Assembly: GCA_964016885.1 (NCBI GenBank)
Contig: OZ024743.1
Location: forward strand, 34,844,001 to 34,908,000
DNA length: 64,000 nucleotides
DNA from: Eledone cirrhosa
Lineage: Eukaryota
Direction: 5' to 3'
The notes beneath the pieces were generated by a model that did no database searches, was not told the DNA's origin, and worked only from the letters and a program-made list of their open reading frames with translations. Positions 25,301 through 40,300 of the stretch are shown one piece after another. The translations under genes were made by a program, and so were the position numbers. The first letter of the stretch is position 1; each line of letters starts with the position of its first letter.

Positions 25301-28300
25301 GATCAAGATATTTAACCCTTTTGATAACAACTGCATATTTTAAAATGTTCATACTTATATTAAAACCTTCTACCATAATTTTATTCAAGAAAAGTTTAAA
25401 TAATGTTTCAAACATCAGCTTACTAAAGATAAATGTTTAAAATTTTCAAAATTAATTGATATATATAGGCAGTGTGATTCATTAGAAATGTGGTAACAAA
25501 ATGTTTAACTGTTAAAAGCTGGATTCTCCTACAGATAGTTAAGTAGGTACCACTGATAAAAGATAAAACTTACTACAGACTTATACATATGGGACTAAAG
25601 GATGGTACAGTCTACCTGGCTCTAAGTATCTAAGAGATATAGAGAAAGAATCAACCGCAATACTGGACTAGTACTTTTATTAACCTCGAAAGGATGAAAG
25701 TTGACCTCAGCAAATTTAAAATCATAGAACATAGAGAGCTGGAATAAATACCGCAAAGTATTCTTTCCAATGTTCCAATGAATCCGCCAATCCGCCACGT
25801 GTAATATGTGTAAAAAAAAGAATAAAATAGTTTACCTTGATAAGAATTCAACAACAGCATCACCCAGGAACTCCATCCTTTCATTGTGAGGAATTTCAGA
25901 TGATGTCTCTTCTTTGTGCCCCATCCGAGACATGATGTCAATGAGAATATTGATACCTGGACAAAGGAGAAATGTTGAACAGTTATAACTATAATAATGA
26001 AAATTATTGTGTACAGTGCTCAGGTGCACTACAACTCATCAAAGGTACATGTATAGTACATAGAATACTATACAAATGTCCGGAAAGTGAACAGTGTATG
26101 AATCATGATATACATGTGTGCATGTGTATAGAGAGGGAATATCAAGTGTAGTGTTGGCGAATTTCAGGATGCATGGAGGTTTTGAAGGATGCACAGTACC
26201 GACAGCTAACAACTGATGCAGGTAGTTTGTTCCATGCTTCAGCAACTCTAAAATGTTGCCAAAAGTCATGTGAGCTGTATTGTTTTCTAATTTTGTAAGC
26301 ATGTCCACAGGTGTTAGACACATGGAATTCAAAAAGGTAATCACGGTTGTTGTTGGCAAGATGGTTAATAACTAATAACATCCAGTAATGATTGAGCAGA
26401 AAATATCTAAAAATGGATTTGTTAATTCAAATGCTCATTGTAAAAAGTTGTCATTAGAGTAAAGACTTTAATTTTTAATGTGATGCAGTCATGTTTTATA
26501 CTTTTCCATGATGTCTTTGCTAATGTGGTTTCATATGGTACAGGATGTTGAGAGTTAAAAACCACAAAAACTGTTATATTCATTTTTCATTTATTATTAT
26601 TATTTTTTTTTTAATAGCCAAGATAACTCTTCCACACTACTACTACTGACTGTGTTGTATACTTGGCTGCTATTGCTAGCAGGTTGAGAAACCATTTAGA
26701 GGCTCTCTGTACTAATGAGCAGTGAGTACATACATACATTGATATTTCAACACAGTCCCAAATCAAGTCATTTGCCAAACATGTACAACTCTGAAATTTC
26801 CTACGTTTCAAGTTTAAAGACTAGAAAGAGTAAATATCCAACAGACCTCTTTTCCTCGTGTGGACATAATGTATTTTACGGTCTCCATACTCCACTTGAC
26901 GGGAACCACAATTGGTCAATGAGTTGCGGGCATGGTCAGGGTTGGTGCCATAGTTCACTCGATAAGAGGTGTGTGTTAGTGCCAACTGAAAGGTAGAGAG
27001 TGAGAGATGTGTGTGAAAAAAAATAGTGCAATGAGGTAATAAGAGTAGAGAGAAACATACATAGAAAGATATGGTAGAGAGTAAGAAAGAGAGAGTAAGA
27101 TAGAGAGAGTGAGGAAATAAAGTGTGAGAACAGATCAGAAGTGGAATGTAGACTTAGGTGGAAACTGATGAATCCTATGAAAATGTGATCAAATCCTCCT
27201 TAAAAGTAACATAGAACAGCACAGAAGCTTCCTCATCATTTTACAATTATGCCTCCACGCTTGTGTAATGTCCTAAGTTAATGTAAGCTATTTGAAATAA
27301 CATATAAAACTGATTCCAGATTTTAAAATGGTTTAAACTTCACTTTAATGACCAACATTTTTCAGAAGATGGTCCATAAAATATAAATTTAATATTAACT
27401 GATTTAGATTTTAACATGGCAAAAAAGCACCCAGTACTCACTGTAAATGAGGTTGGCATTAGGAAGGGCATCCAGCTGTATAAACCAAGCCAGAATCAGT
27501 TCTGTATGTGCAAGACATGGTCACCTAACCTAGCATTGCCTACAACAGGACAACTTGTTTAACCCATGCTAGCATGGAAGAAATTGACATAAAACAGTGA
27601 TGATGATGATGATTATCTTATGTAGAAAATATCGATGTCTTCCTGTGGATCACCAAAATTAGTATCAACCACTGGTGGTTCCACTAGACCAACGTTGTAC
27701 ATCACTGCTCTACACCATATTATTTGTCCTTGTGTTCAATGGTTTACTAGTTGTGATTGCTGTTTAGACCAAGCAGATCTACAAATAAAAGCATTCCAGC
27801 TGCCTTCAACATGTCTTTTTATTTAGACACAATGTATCTACATTATCCGATGTATCTTGCCTAGAGATTCAAAAGAGATTTAACTGATATTTCTAGCAGG
27901 TTGCGCAACCACATAGAAGATCCCTTAATGTTCTTTATTGACATGCATGAAAGATGAAAGACAAGGGGATGAAAGACATGAGTCAACATCACACTAGAAT
28001 CGACCATGGAAATTTTAAACAACCGAACATATAATCAGACTTTACTAAGTTTGCAAATAAAAACAAAGAAAAACTACACTTACTTGTAGCAGACTGCGGT
28101 CACTAAATTTATAACCTAAATATCCTTCAAGAATGGCCAAAGACTTATGGAATCGAAGGTGGCATAATAAAACAGGTAGTAACATCACGTGCTGGAAAGA
28201 AAGGAAAAAATAATTTCAAAAATGTCAAATCATGTTATATATTATACCCTAAAATATGGAATTTATATTATACTTAAGGTAGTAAATTGGTAGAGTTATT

Positions 28301-31300
28301 AGTATCTTAAATAGAATGCCAACAAAGAAAGTAGACATATGATAATGTTCCTCTACCTTCAGATATATGATTAAATGTAAATGAAGTGAGATCACTTGAT
28401 CAGCTAATACATACCTGACACACATCAGATTTAATACCAGTTCGTATAAAACCTTCACTGCTGATTTCCACAGTCACTTCTCTTTTCATTGTACTGAAAA
28501 ATAAAGTTGACTTTCTTTATAAATACTAGTACATATCGCATTGTTTTACAGATGGAATAGGCAAAATTTGGTCTCCTCACCAAATTGTAACAAAACTATG
28601 TTTAACCCTTTAGCGTTTAAACCAGCTGTGACTAGAATTCTCTCACCTCTTTCTGTTCAAACCGGCTGTAACCAGCCACTCATACTAATGTTAAGGTATT
28701 GTTCTCAAAATAAATAATATTAACATCTCAGATGTGATATGTGAGATAAAGCCTTTACTATGAAAATATAATAGTAAATATAGAGTAATGTAAATGCTAA
28801 AAAGTTCAGAATTGCAGATGGATAGACAGAAGGCAGACAGACAGATAGATAGACAGCATTGTTTTAGAAAATTTGCCAACATAGTCCTAATTATAGAAAA
28901 AAACAAGATAGTTATGGATAGAATTCTTTAATCATAGTTCTGCTGGATCAGAGCTAACCTGGGTCTAAACAACATCAACAAAAGGTCTTCACCTGAAACT
29001 CGAGAATTGAAATAAAATTGGAATTTTAAAATCTTACTGACCTCTTGAGACGTAACTGCTGTAGAAATTCTTCTTTCATTTGTAATTTATTCTTATCTGC
29101 ATAGGTCACCTTTGGTTTGCTTGTTAGTAAGTGTTTATACTTCACATATTGTTTCCAAGCTTTCTGATAACTGCAGAATGAGTAAATAAAATTCTGGTGT
29201 AAGAAGAGAAATATTTGGTGCAGAAATGAATGAACACATGACTACAAGCAATTTTACCAGTAAATACCTCAGCTACCCCAGTGTGTTCTCACTTCACTTA
29301 CACTCAAGTCCAACTAAACCCATGTATCTGAAGGTCTATCTTATCCGCCAACAAATTTGTAGAGGAACAGTATAAAGAATTGTATCAATCCCAAACAAAT
29401 GAAAGGTAAAGTCAACTCTAACTGGGTTTGAACAAAAACAATGTAGAGTTATGAAGCTAAAATGTGCACAGTTAGTGTAATATTTCTGTGCAAAATACAT
29501 AACTGCTTGCTACAGTTTACTTATCTGTCAAACAGGATCCACACTAACTTTCCAGTTAAAAGGCTACCCACTGTGAAGAAAACAAACATATCCTTATCAT
29601 CATTTTTAACATACCTTTTTTCCATGTTGAAATGGGTTGGATGGGTATGGAACACAATTGTTTCCATATTGAAATGGGTTGGATGGGTATGGAACACAAT
29701 TGTTTCCATATTGAAATGGGTTGGATGGGTATGGAACACAATTGTTTCCATGTTGAAATGGGTTGGATGGGTATGGAACACAATTGTTTCCATATTGAAA
29801 TGGGTTGGATGGGTATGGAACACAATTGTTTCCATATTGAAATGGGTTGGATGGGTATGGAACACAATTGTTTCCATATTGAAATGGGTTGGATGGGTAT
29901 GGAACACAATTGTTTCCATGTTGAAATGGGTTGGATGGGTATGGAACACAATTGTTTCCATATTGAAATAGGTTGGATGGGTATGGAACACAATTGTTTC
30001 CATATTGAAATGGGTTGGATGGGTATGGAACACAATTGTTTCCATATTGAAATGGGTTGGATGGGTATGGAACACAATTGTTTCCATATTGAAATGGGTT
30101 GGATGGGTATGGAACACAATTGTTTCCATATTGAAATGGGTTGGATGGGTATGGAACACAATTGTTTCCATGTTGAAATGGGTTGGATGGGTATGGAACA
30201 CAATTGTTTCCATATTGAAATGGGTTGGATGGGTATGGAACACAATTGTTTCCATATTGAAATGGGTTGGATGGGTATGGAACACAATTGTTTCCATATT
30301 GAAATGGGTTGGATGGGTATGGAACACAATTGTTTCCATATTGAAATGGGTTGGATGGGTATGGAACACAATTGTTTCCATGTTGAAATGGGTTGGATGG
30401 GTATGGAACACAATTGTTTCCATATTGAAATGGGTTGGATGGGTATGGAACACAATTGTTTCCATATTGAAATGGGTTGGATGGGTATGGAACACAATTG
30501 TTTCCATATTGAAATGGGTTGGATGGGTATGGAACACAATTGTTTCCATGTTGAAATGGGTTGGATGGGTATGGAACACAATTGTTTCCATGTTGAAATG
30601 GGTTGGATGGGTATGGAACACAATTGTTTCCATATTGAAATGGGTTGGATGGGTATGGAACACAATTGTTTCCATATTGAAATGGGTTGGATGGGTATGG
30701 AACACAATTGTTTCCATATTGAAATGGGTTGGATGGGTATGGAACACAATTGTTTCCATATTGAAATGGGTTGGATGGGTATGGAACACAATTGTTTCCA
30801 TGTTGAAATGGGTTGGATGGGTATGGAACACAATTGTTTCCATATTGAAATGGGTTGGATGGGTATGGAACACAATTGTTTCCATATTGAAATGGGTTGG
30901 ATGGGTATGGAACACAATTGTTTCCATATTGAAATGGGTTGGATGGGTATGGAACACAATTGTTTCCATGTTGAAATGGGTTGGATGGGTATGGAACACA
31001 ATTGTTTCCATGTTGAAATGGGTTGGATGGGTATGGAACACAATTGTTTCCATATTGAAATGGGTTGGATGGGTATGGAACACAATTGTTTCCATATTGA
31101 AATGGGTTGGATGGGTATGGAACACAATTGTTTCCATATTGAAATGGGTTGGATGGGTATGGAACACAATTGTTTCCATATTGAAATGGGTTGGATGGGT
31201 ATGGAACACAATTGTTTCCATATTGAAATGGGTTGGATGGGTATGGAACACAATTGTTTCCATATTGAAATGGGTTGGATGGGTATGGAACACAATTGTT

Positions 31301-34300
31301 TCCATATTGAAATGGGTTGGATGGGTATGGAACACAATTGTTTCCATATTGAAATGGGTTGGATGGGTATGGAACACAATTGTTTCCATATTGAAATGGG
31401 TTGGATGGGTATGGAACACAATTGTTTCCATATTGAAATGGGTTGGATGGGTATGGAACACAATTGTTTCCATGTTGAAATGGGTTGGATGGGTATGGAA
31501 CACAATTGTTTCCATATTGAAATGGGTTGGATGGGTATGGAACACAATTGTTTCCATATTGAAATGGGTTGGATGGGTATGGAACACAATTGTTTCCATA
31601 TTGAAATGGGTTGGATGGGTATGGAACACAATTGTTTCCATATTGAAATGGGTTGGATGGGTATGGAACACAATTGTTTCCATGTTGAAATGGGTTGGAT
31701 GGGTATGGAACACAATTGTTTCCATATTGAAATGGGTTGGATGGGTATGGAACACAATTGTTTCCATATTGAAATGGGTTGGATGGGTATGGAACACAAT
31801 TGTTTCCATATTGAAATGGGTTGGATGGGTATGGAACACAATTGTTTCCATGTTGAAATGGGTTGGATGGGTATGGAACACAATTGTTTCCATGTTGAAA
31901 TGGGTTGGATGGGTATGGAACACAATTGTTTCCATATTGAAATGGGTTGGATGGGTATGGAACACAATTGTTTCCATATTGAAATGGGTTGGATGGGTAT
32001 GGAACACAATTGTTTCCATGTTGAAATGGGTTGGATGGGTATGGAACACAATTGTTTCCATATTGAAATGGGTTGGATGGGTATGGAACACAATTGTTTC
32101 CATATTGAAATGGGTTGGATGGGTATGGAACACAATTGTTTCCATATTGAAATGGGTTGGATGGGTATGGAACACAATTGTTTCCATATTGAAATGGGTT
32201 GGATGGGTATGGAACACAATTGTTTCCATATTGAAATGGGTTGGATGGGTATGGAACACAATTGTTTCCATATTGAAATGGGTTGGATGGGTATGGAACA
32301 CAATTGTTTCCATATTGAAATGGGTTGGATGGGTATGGAACACAATTGTTTCCATATTGAAATGGGTTGGATGGGTATGGAACACAATTGTTTCCATATT
32401 GAAATGGGTTGGATGGGTATGGAACACAATTGTTTCCATGTTGAAATGGGTTGGATGGGTATGGAACACAATTGTTTCCATGTTGAAATGGGTTGGATGG
32501 GTATGGAACACAATTGTTTCCATATTGAAATGGGTTGGATGGGTATGGAACACAATTGTTTCCATATTGAAATGGGTTGGATGGGTATGGAACACAATTG
32601 TTTCCATATTGAAATGGGTTGGATGGGTATGGAACACAATTGTTTCCATATTGAAATGGGTTGGATGGGTATGGAACACAATTGTTTCCATGTTGAAATG
32701 GGTTGGATGGGTATGGAACACAATTGTTTCCATATTGAAATGGGTTGGATGGGTATGGAACACAATTGTTTCCATATTGAAATGGGTTGGATGGGTATGG
32801 AACACAATTGTTTCCATATTGAAATGGGTTGGATGGGTATGGAACACAATTGTTTCCATATTGAAATAGGTTGGATGGGTATGGAACACAATTGTTTCCA
32901 TATTGAAATGGGTTGGATGGGTATGGAACACAATTGTTTCCATATTGAAATGGGTTGGATGGGTATGGAACACAATTGTTTCCATATTGAAATGGGTTGG
33001 ATGGGTATGGAACACAATTGTTTCCATGTTGAAATGGGTTGGATGGGTATGGAACACAATTGTTTCCATATTGAAATGGGTTGGATGGGTATGGAACACA
33101 ATTGTTTCCATATTGAAATGGGTTGGATGGGTATGGAACACAATTGTTTCCATATTGAAATGGGTTGGATGGGTATGGAACACAATTGTTTCCATGTTGA
33201 AATGGGTTGGATGGGTATGGAACACAATTGTTTCCATATTGAAATGGGTTGGATGGGTATGGAACACAATTGTTTCCATATTGAAATGGGTTGGATGGGT
33301 ATGGAACACAATTGTTTCCATATTGAAATGGGTTGGATGGGTATGGAACACAATTGTTTCCATGTTGAAATGGGTTGGATGGGTATGGAACACAATTGTT
33401 TCCATATTGAAATGGGTTGGATGGGTATGGAACACAATTGTTTCCATATTGAAATGGGTTGGATGGGTATGGAACACAATTGTTTCCATATTGAAATGGG
33501 TTGGATGGGTATGGAACACAATTGTTTCCATGTTGAAATGGGTTGGATGGGTATGGAACACAATTGTTTCCATATTGAAATGGGTTGGATGGGTATGGAA
33601 CACAATTGTTTCCATATTGAAATGGGTTGGATGGGTATGGAACACAATTGTTTCCATATTGAAATGGGTTGGATGGGTATGGAACACAATTGTTTCCATG
33701 TTGAAATGGGTTGGATGGGTATGGAACACAATTGTTTCCATATTGAAATGGGTTGGATGGGTATGGAACACAATTGTTTCCATATTGAAATGGGTTGGAT
33801 GGGTATGGAACACAATTGTTTCCATATTGAAATGGGTTGGATGGGTATGGAACACAATTGTTTCCATATTGAAATGGGTTGGATGGGTATGGAACACAAT
33901 TGTTTCCATGTTGAAATGGGTTGGATGGGTATGGAACACAATTGTTTCCATATTGAAATGGGTTGGATGGGTATGGAACACAATTGTTTCCATATTGAAA
34001 TGGGTTGGATGGGTATGGAACACAATTGTTTCCATATTGAAATGGGTTGGATGGGTATGGAACACAATTGTTTCCATGTTGAAATGGGTTGGATGGGTAT
34101 GGAACACAATTGTTTCCATATTGAAATGGGTTGGATGGGTATGGAACACAATTGTTTCCATGTTGAAATGGGTTGGATGGGTATGGAACACAATTGTTTC
34201 CATATTGAAATGGGTTGGATGGGTATGGAACACAATTGTTTCCATATTGAAATGGGTTGGATGGGTATGGAACACAATTGTTTCCATGTTGAAATGGGTT

Positions 34301-37300
34301 GGATGGGTATGGAACACAATTGTTTCCATATTGAAATGGGTTGGATGGGTATGGAACACAATTGTTTCCATGTTGAAATGGGTTGGATGGGTATGGAACA
34401 CAATTGTTTCCATATTGAAATGGGTTGGATGGGTATGGAACACAATTGTTTCCATATTGAAATGGGTTGGATGGGTATGGAACACAATTGTTTCCATGTT
34501 GAAATGGGTTGGATGGGTATGGAACACAATTGTTTCCATATTGAAATGGGTTGGATGGGTATGGAACACAATTGTTTCCATATTGAAATGGGTTGGATGG
34601 GTATGGAACACAATTGTTTCCATATTGAAATGGGTTGGATGGGTATGGAACACAATTGTTTCCATGTTGAAATGGGTTGGATGGGTATGGAACACAATTG
34701 TTTCCATATTGAAATGGGTTGGATGGGTATGGAACACAATTGTTTCCATATTGAAATGGGTTGGATGGGTATGGAACACAATTGTTTCCATGTTGAAATG
34801 GGTTGGATGGGTATGGAACACAATTGTTTCCATATTGAAATGGGTTGGATGGGTATGGAACACAATTGTTTCCATGTTGAAATGGGTTGGATGGGTATGG
34901 AACACAATTGTTTCCATATTGAAATGGGTTGGATGGGTATGGAACACAATTGTTTCCATATTGAAATGGGTTGGATGGGTATGGAACACAATTGTTTCCA
35001 TATTGAAATGGGTTGGATGGGTATGGAACACAATTGTTTCCATATTGAAATGGGTTGGATGGGTATGGAACACAATTGTTTCCATATTGAAATGGGTTGG
35101 ATGGGTATGGAACACAATTGTTTCCATGTTGAAATGGGTTGGATGGGTATGGAACACAATTGTTTCCATATTGAAATGGGTTGGATGGGTATGGAACACA
35201 ATTGTTTCCATATTGAAATGGGTTGGATGGGTATGGAACACAATTGTTTCCATGTTGAAATGGGTTGGATGGGTATGGAACACAATTGTTTCCATATTGA
35301 AATGGGTTGGATGGGTATGGAACACAATTGTTTCCATGTTGAAATGGGTTGGATGGGTATGGAACACAATTGTTTCCATATTGAAATGGGTTGGATGGGT
35401 ATGGAACACAATTGTTTCCATATTGAAATGGGTTGGATGGGTATGGAACACAATTGTTTCCATATTGAAATGGGTTGGATGGGTATGGAACACAATTGTT
35501 TCCATATTGAAATGGGTTGGATGGGTATGGAACACAATTGTTTCCATGTTGAAATGGGTTGGATGGGTATGGAACACAATTGTTTCCATATTGAAATGGG
35601 TTGGATGGGTATGGAACACAATTGTTTCCATATTGAAATGGGTTGGATGGGTATGGAACACAATTGTTTCCATATTGAAATGGGTTGGATGGGTATGGAA
35701 CACAATTGTTTCCATGTTGAAATGGGTTGGATGGGTATGGAACACAATTGTTTCCATATTGAAATGGGTTGGATGGGTATGGAACACAATTGTTTCCATG
35801 TTGAAATGGGTTGGATGGGTATGGAACACAATTGTTTCCATATTGAAATGGGTTGGATGGGTATGGAACACAATTGTTTCCATATTGAAATGGGTTGGAT
35901 GGGTATGGAACACAATTGTTTCCATATTGAAATGGGTTGGATGGGTATGGAACACAATTGTTTCCATATTGAAATGGGTTGGATGGGTATGGAACACAAT
36001 TGTTTCCATATTGAAATGGGTTGGATGGGTATGGAACACAATTGTTTCCATATTGAAATGGGTTGGATGGGTATGGAACACAATTGTTTCCATATTGAAA
36101 TGGGTTGGATGGGTATGGAACACAATTGTTTCCATGTTGAAATGGGTTGGATGGGTATGGAACACAATTGTTTCCATATTGAAATGGGTTGGATGGGTAT
36201 GGAACACAATTGTTTCCATATTGAAATGGGTTGGATGGGTATGGAACACAATTGTTTCCATATTGAAATGGGTTGGATGGGTATGGAACACAATTGTTTC
36301 CATGTTGAAATGGGTTGGATGGGTATGGAACACAATTGTTTCCATATTGAAATGGGTTGGATGGGTATGGAACACAATTGTTTCCATATTGAAATGGGTT
36401 GGATGGGTATGGAACACAATTGTTTCCATATTGAAATGGGTTGGATGGGTATGGAACACAATTGTTTCCATATTGAAATGGGTTGGATGGGTATGGAACA
36501 CAATTGTTTCCATGTTGAAATGGGTTGGATGGGTATGGAACACAATTGTTTCCATATTGAAATGGGTTGGATGGGTATGGAACACAATTGTTTCCATATT
36601 GAAATGGGTTGGATGGGTATGGAACACAATTGTTTCCATATTGAAATGGGTTGGATGGGTATGGAACACAATTGTTTCCATATTGAAATGGGTTGGATGG
36701 GTATGGAACACAATTGTTTCCATGTTGAAATGGGTTGGATGGGTATGGAACACAATTGTTTCCATATTGAAATGGGTTGGATGGGTATGGAACACAATTG
36801 TTTCCATGTTGAAATGGGTTGGATGGGTATGGAACACAATTGTTTCCATATTGAAATAGGTTGGATGGGTATGGAACACAATTGTTTCCATATTGAAATG
36901 GGTTGGATGGGTATGGAACACAATTGTTTCCATATTGAAATGGGTTGGATGGGTATGGAACACAATTGTTTCCATATTGAAATAGGTTGGATGGGTATGG
37001 AACACAATTGTTTCCATATTGAAATGGGTTGGATGGGTATGGAACACAATTGTTTCCATATTGAAATGGGTTGGATGGGTATGGAACACAATTGTTTCCA
37101 TATTGAAATAGGTTGGATGGGTATGGAACACAATTGTTTCCATATTGAAATGGGTTGGATGGGTATGGAACACAATTGTTTCCATATTGAAATGGGTTGG
37201 ATGGGTATGGAACACAATTGTTTCCATATTGAAATAGGTTGGATGGGTATGGAACACAATTGTTTCCATATTGAAATAGGTTGGATGGGTATGGAACACA

Positions 37301-40300
37301 ATTGTTTCCATATTGAAATGGGTTGGATGGGTATGGAACACAATTGTTTCCATATTGAAATGGGTTGGATGGGTATGGAACACAATTGTTTCCATATTGA
37401 AATGGGTTGGATGGGTATGGAACACAATTGTTTCCATATTGAAATGGGTTGGATGGGTATGGAACACAATTGTTTCCATATTGAAATGGGTTGGATGGGT
37501 ATGGAACACAATTGTTTCCATATTGAAATGGGTTGGATGGGTATGGAACACAATTGTTTCCATATTGAAATGGGTTGGATGGGTATGGAACACAATTGTT
37601 TCCATATTGAAATGGGTTGGATGGGTATGGAACACAATTGTTTCCATATTGAAATGGGTTGGATGGGTATGGAACACAATTGTTTCCATATTGAAATAGG
37701 TTGGATGGGTATGGAACACAATTGTTTCCATATTGAAATAGGTTGGATGGGTATGGAACACAATTGTTTCCATATTGAAATGGGTTGGATGGGTATGGAA
37801 CACAATTGTTTCCATATTGAAATGGGTTGGATGGGTATGGAACACAATTGTTTCCATATTGAAATGGGTTGGATGGGTATGGAACACAATTGTTTCCATA
37901 TTGAAATGGGTTGGATGGGTATGGAACACAATTGTTTCCATATTGAAATAGGTTGGATGGGTATGGAACACAATTGTTTCCATATTGAAATGGGTTGGAT
38001 GGGTATGGAACACAATTGTTTCCATATTGAAATGGGTTGGATGGGTATGGAACACAATTGTTTCCATATTGAAATGGGTTGGATGGGTATGGAACACAAT
38101 TGTTTCCATATTGAAATAGGTTGGATGGGTATGGAACACAATTGTTTCCATATTGAAATGGGTTGGATGGGTATGGAACACAATTGTTTCCATATTGAAA
38201 TGGGTTGGATGGGTATGGAACACAATTGTTTCCATATTGAAATGGGTTGGATGGGTATGGAACACAATTGTTTCCATATTGAAATAGGTTGGATGGGTAT
38301 GGAACACAATTGTTTCCATATTGAAATGGGTTGGATGGGTATGGAACACAATTGTTTCCATATTGAAATGGGTTGGATGGGTATGGAACACAATTGTTTC
38401 CATATTGAAATAGGTTGGATGGGTATGGAACACAATTGTTTCCATATTGAAATGGGTTGGATGGGTATGGAACACAATTGTTTCCATATTGAAATGGGTT
38501 GGATGGGTATGGAACACAATTGTTTCCATATTGAAATGGGTTGGATGGGTATGGAACACAATTGTTTCCATATTGAAATGGGTTGGATGGGTATGGAACA
38601 CAATTGTTTCCATATTGAAATGGGTTGGATGGGTATGGAACACAATTGTTTCCATATTGAAATGGGTTGGATGGGTATGGAACACAATTGTTTCCATATT
38701 GAAATGGGTTGGATGGGTATGGAACACAATTGTTTCCATATTGAAATGGGTTGGATGGGTATGGAACACAATTGTTTCCATATTGAAATGGGTTGGATGG
38801 GTATGGAACACAATTGTTTCCATATTGAAATAGGTTGGATGGGTATGGAACACAATTGTTTCCATATTGAAATGGGTTGGATGGGTATGGAACACAATTG
38901 TTTCCATATTGAAATGGGTTGGATGGGTATGGAACACAATTGTTTCCATATTGAAATGGGTTGGATGGGTATGGAACACAATTGTTTCCATATTGAAATG
39001 GGTTGGATGGGTATGGAACACAATTGTTTCCATATTGAAATAGGTTGGATGGGTATGGAACACAATTGTTTCCATATTGAAATGGGTTGGATGGGTATGG
39101 AACACAATTGTTTCCATATTGAAATGGGTTGGATGGGTATGGAACACAATTGTTTCCATATTGAAATGGGTTGGATGGGTATGGAACACAATTGTTTCCA
39201 TATTGAAATGGGTTGGATGGGTATGGAACACAATTGTTTCCATATTGAAATGGATTGGATGGGTATGGAACACAATTGTTTCCATATTGAAATGGGTTGG
39301 ATGGGTATGGAACACAATTGTTTCCATATTGAAATGGGTTGGATGGGTATGGAACACAATTGTTTCCATATTGAAATGGGTTGGATGGGTATGGAACACA
39401 ATTGTTTCCATATTGAAATGGGTTGGATGGGTATGGAACACAATTGTTTCCATATTGAAATGGGTTGGATGGGTATGGAACACAATTGTTTCCATATTGA
39501 AATAGGTTGGATGGGTATGGAACACAATTGTTTCCATATTGAAATGGGTTGGATGGGTATGGAACACAATTGTTTCCATATTGAAATGGGTTGGATGGGT
39601 ATGGAACACAATTGTTTCCATATTGAAATGGGTTGGATGGGTATGGAACACAATTGTTTCCATATTGAAATGGGTTGGATGGGTATGGAACACAATTGTT
39701 TCCATATTGAAATGGGTTGGATGGGTATGGAACACAATTGTTTCCATATTGAAATGGGTTGGATGGGTATGGAACACAATTGTTTCCATATTGAAATAGG
39801 TTGGATGGGTATGGAACACAATTGTTTCCATATTGAAATGGGTTGGATGGGTATGGAACACAATTGTTTCCATATTGAAATGGGTTGGATGGGTATGGAA
39901 CACAATTGTTTCCATATTGAAATGGGTTGGATGGGTATGGAACACAATTGTTTCCATATTGAAATGGGTTGGATGGGTATGGAACACAATTGTTTCCATA
40001 TTGAAATGGGTTGGATGGGTATGGAACACAATTGTTTCCATATTGAAATGGGTTGGATGGGTATGGAACACAATTGTTTCCATATTGAAATGGGTTGGAT
40101 GGGTATGGAACACAATTGTTTCCATATTGAAATGGGTTGGATGGGTATGGAACACAATTGTTTCCATATTGAAATGGGTTGGATGGGTATGGAACACAAT
40201 TGTTTCCATATTGAAATGGGTTGGATGGGTATGGAACACAATTGTTTCCATATTGAAATGGGTTGGATGGGTATGGAACACAATTGTTTCCATATTGAAA

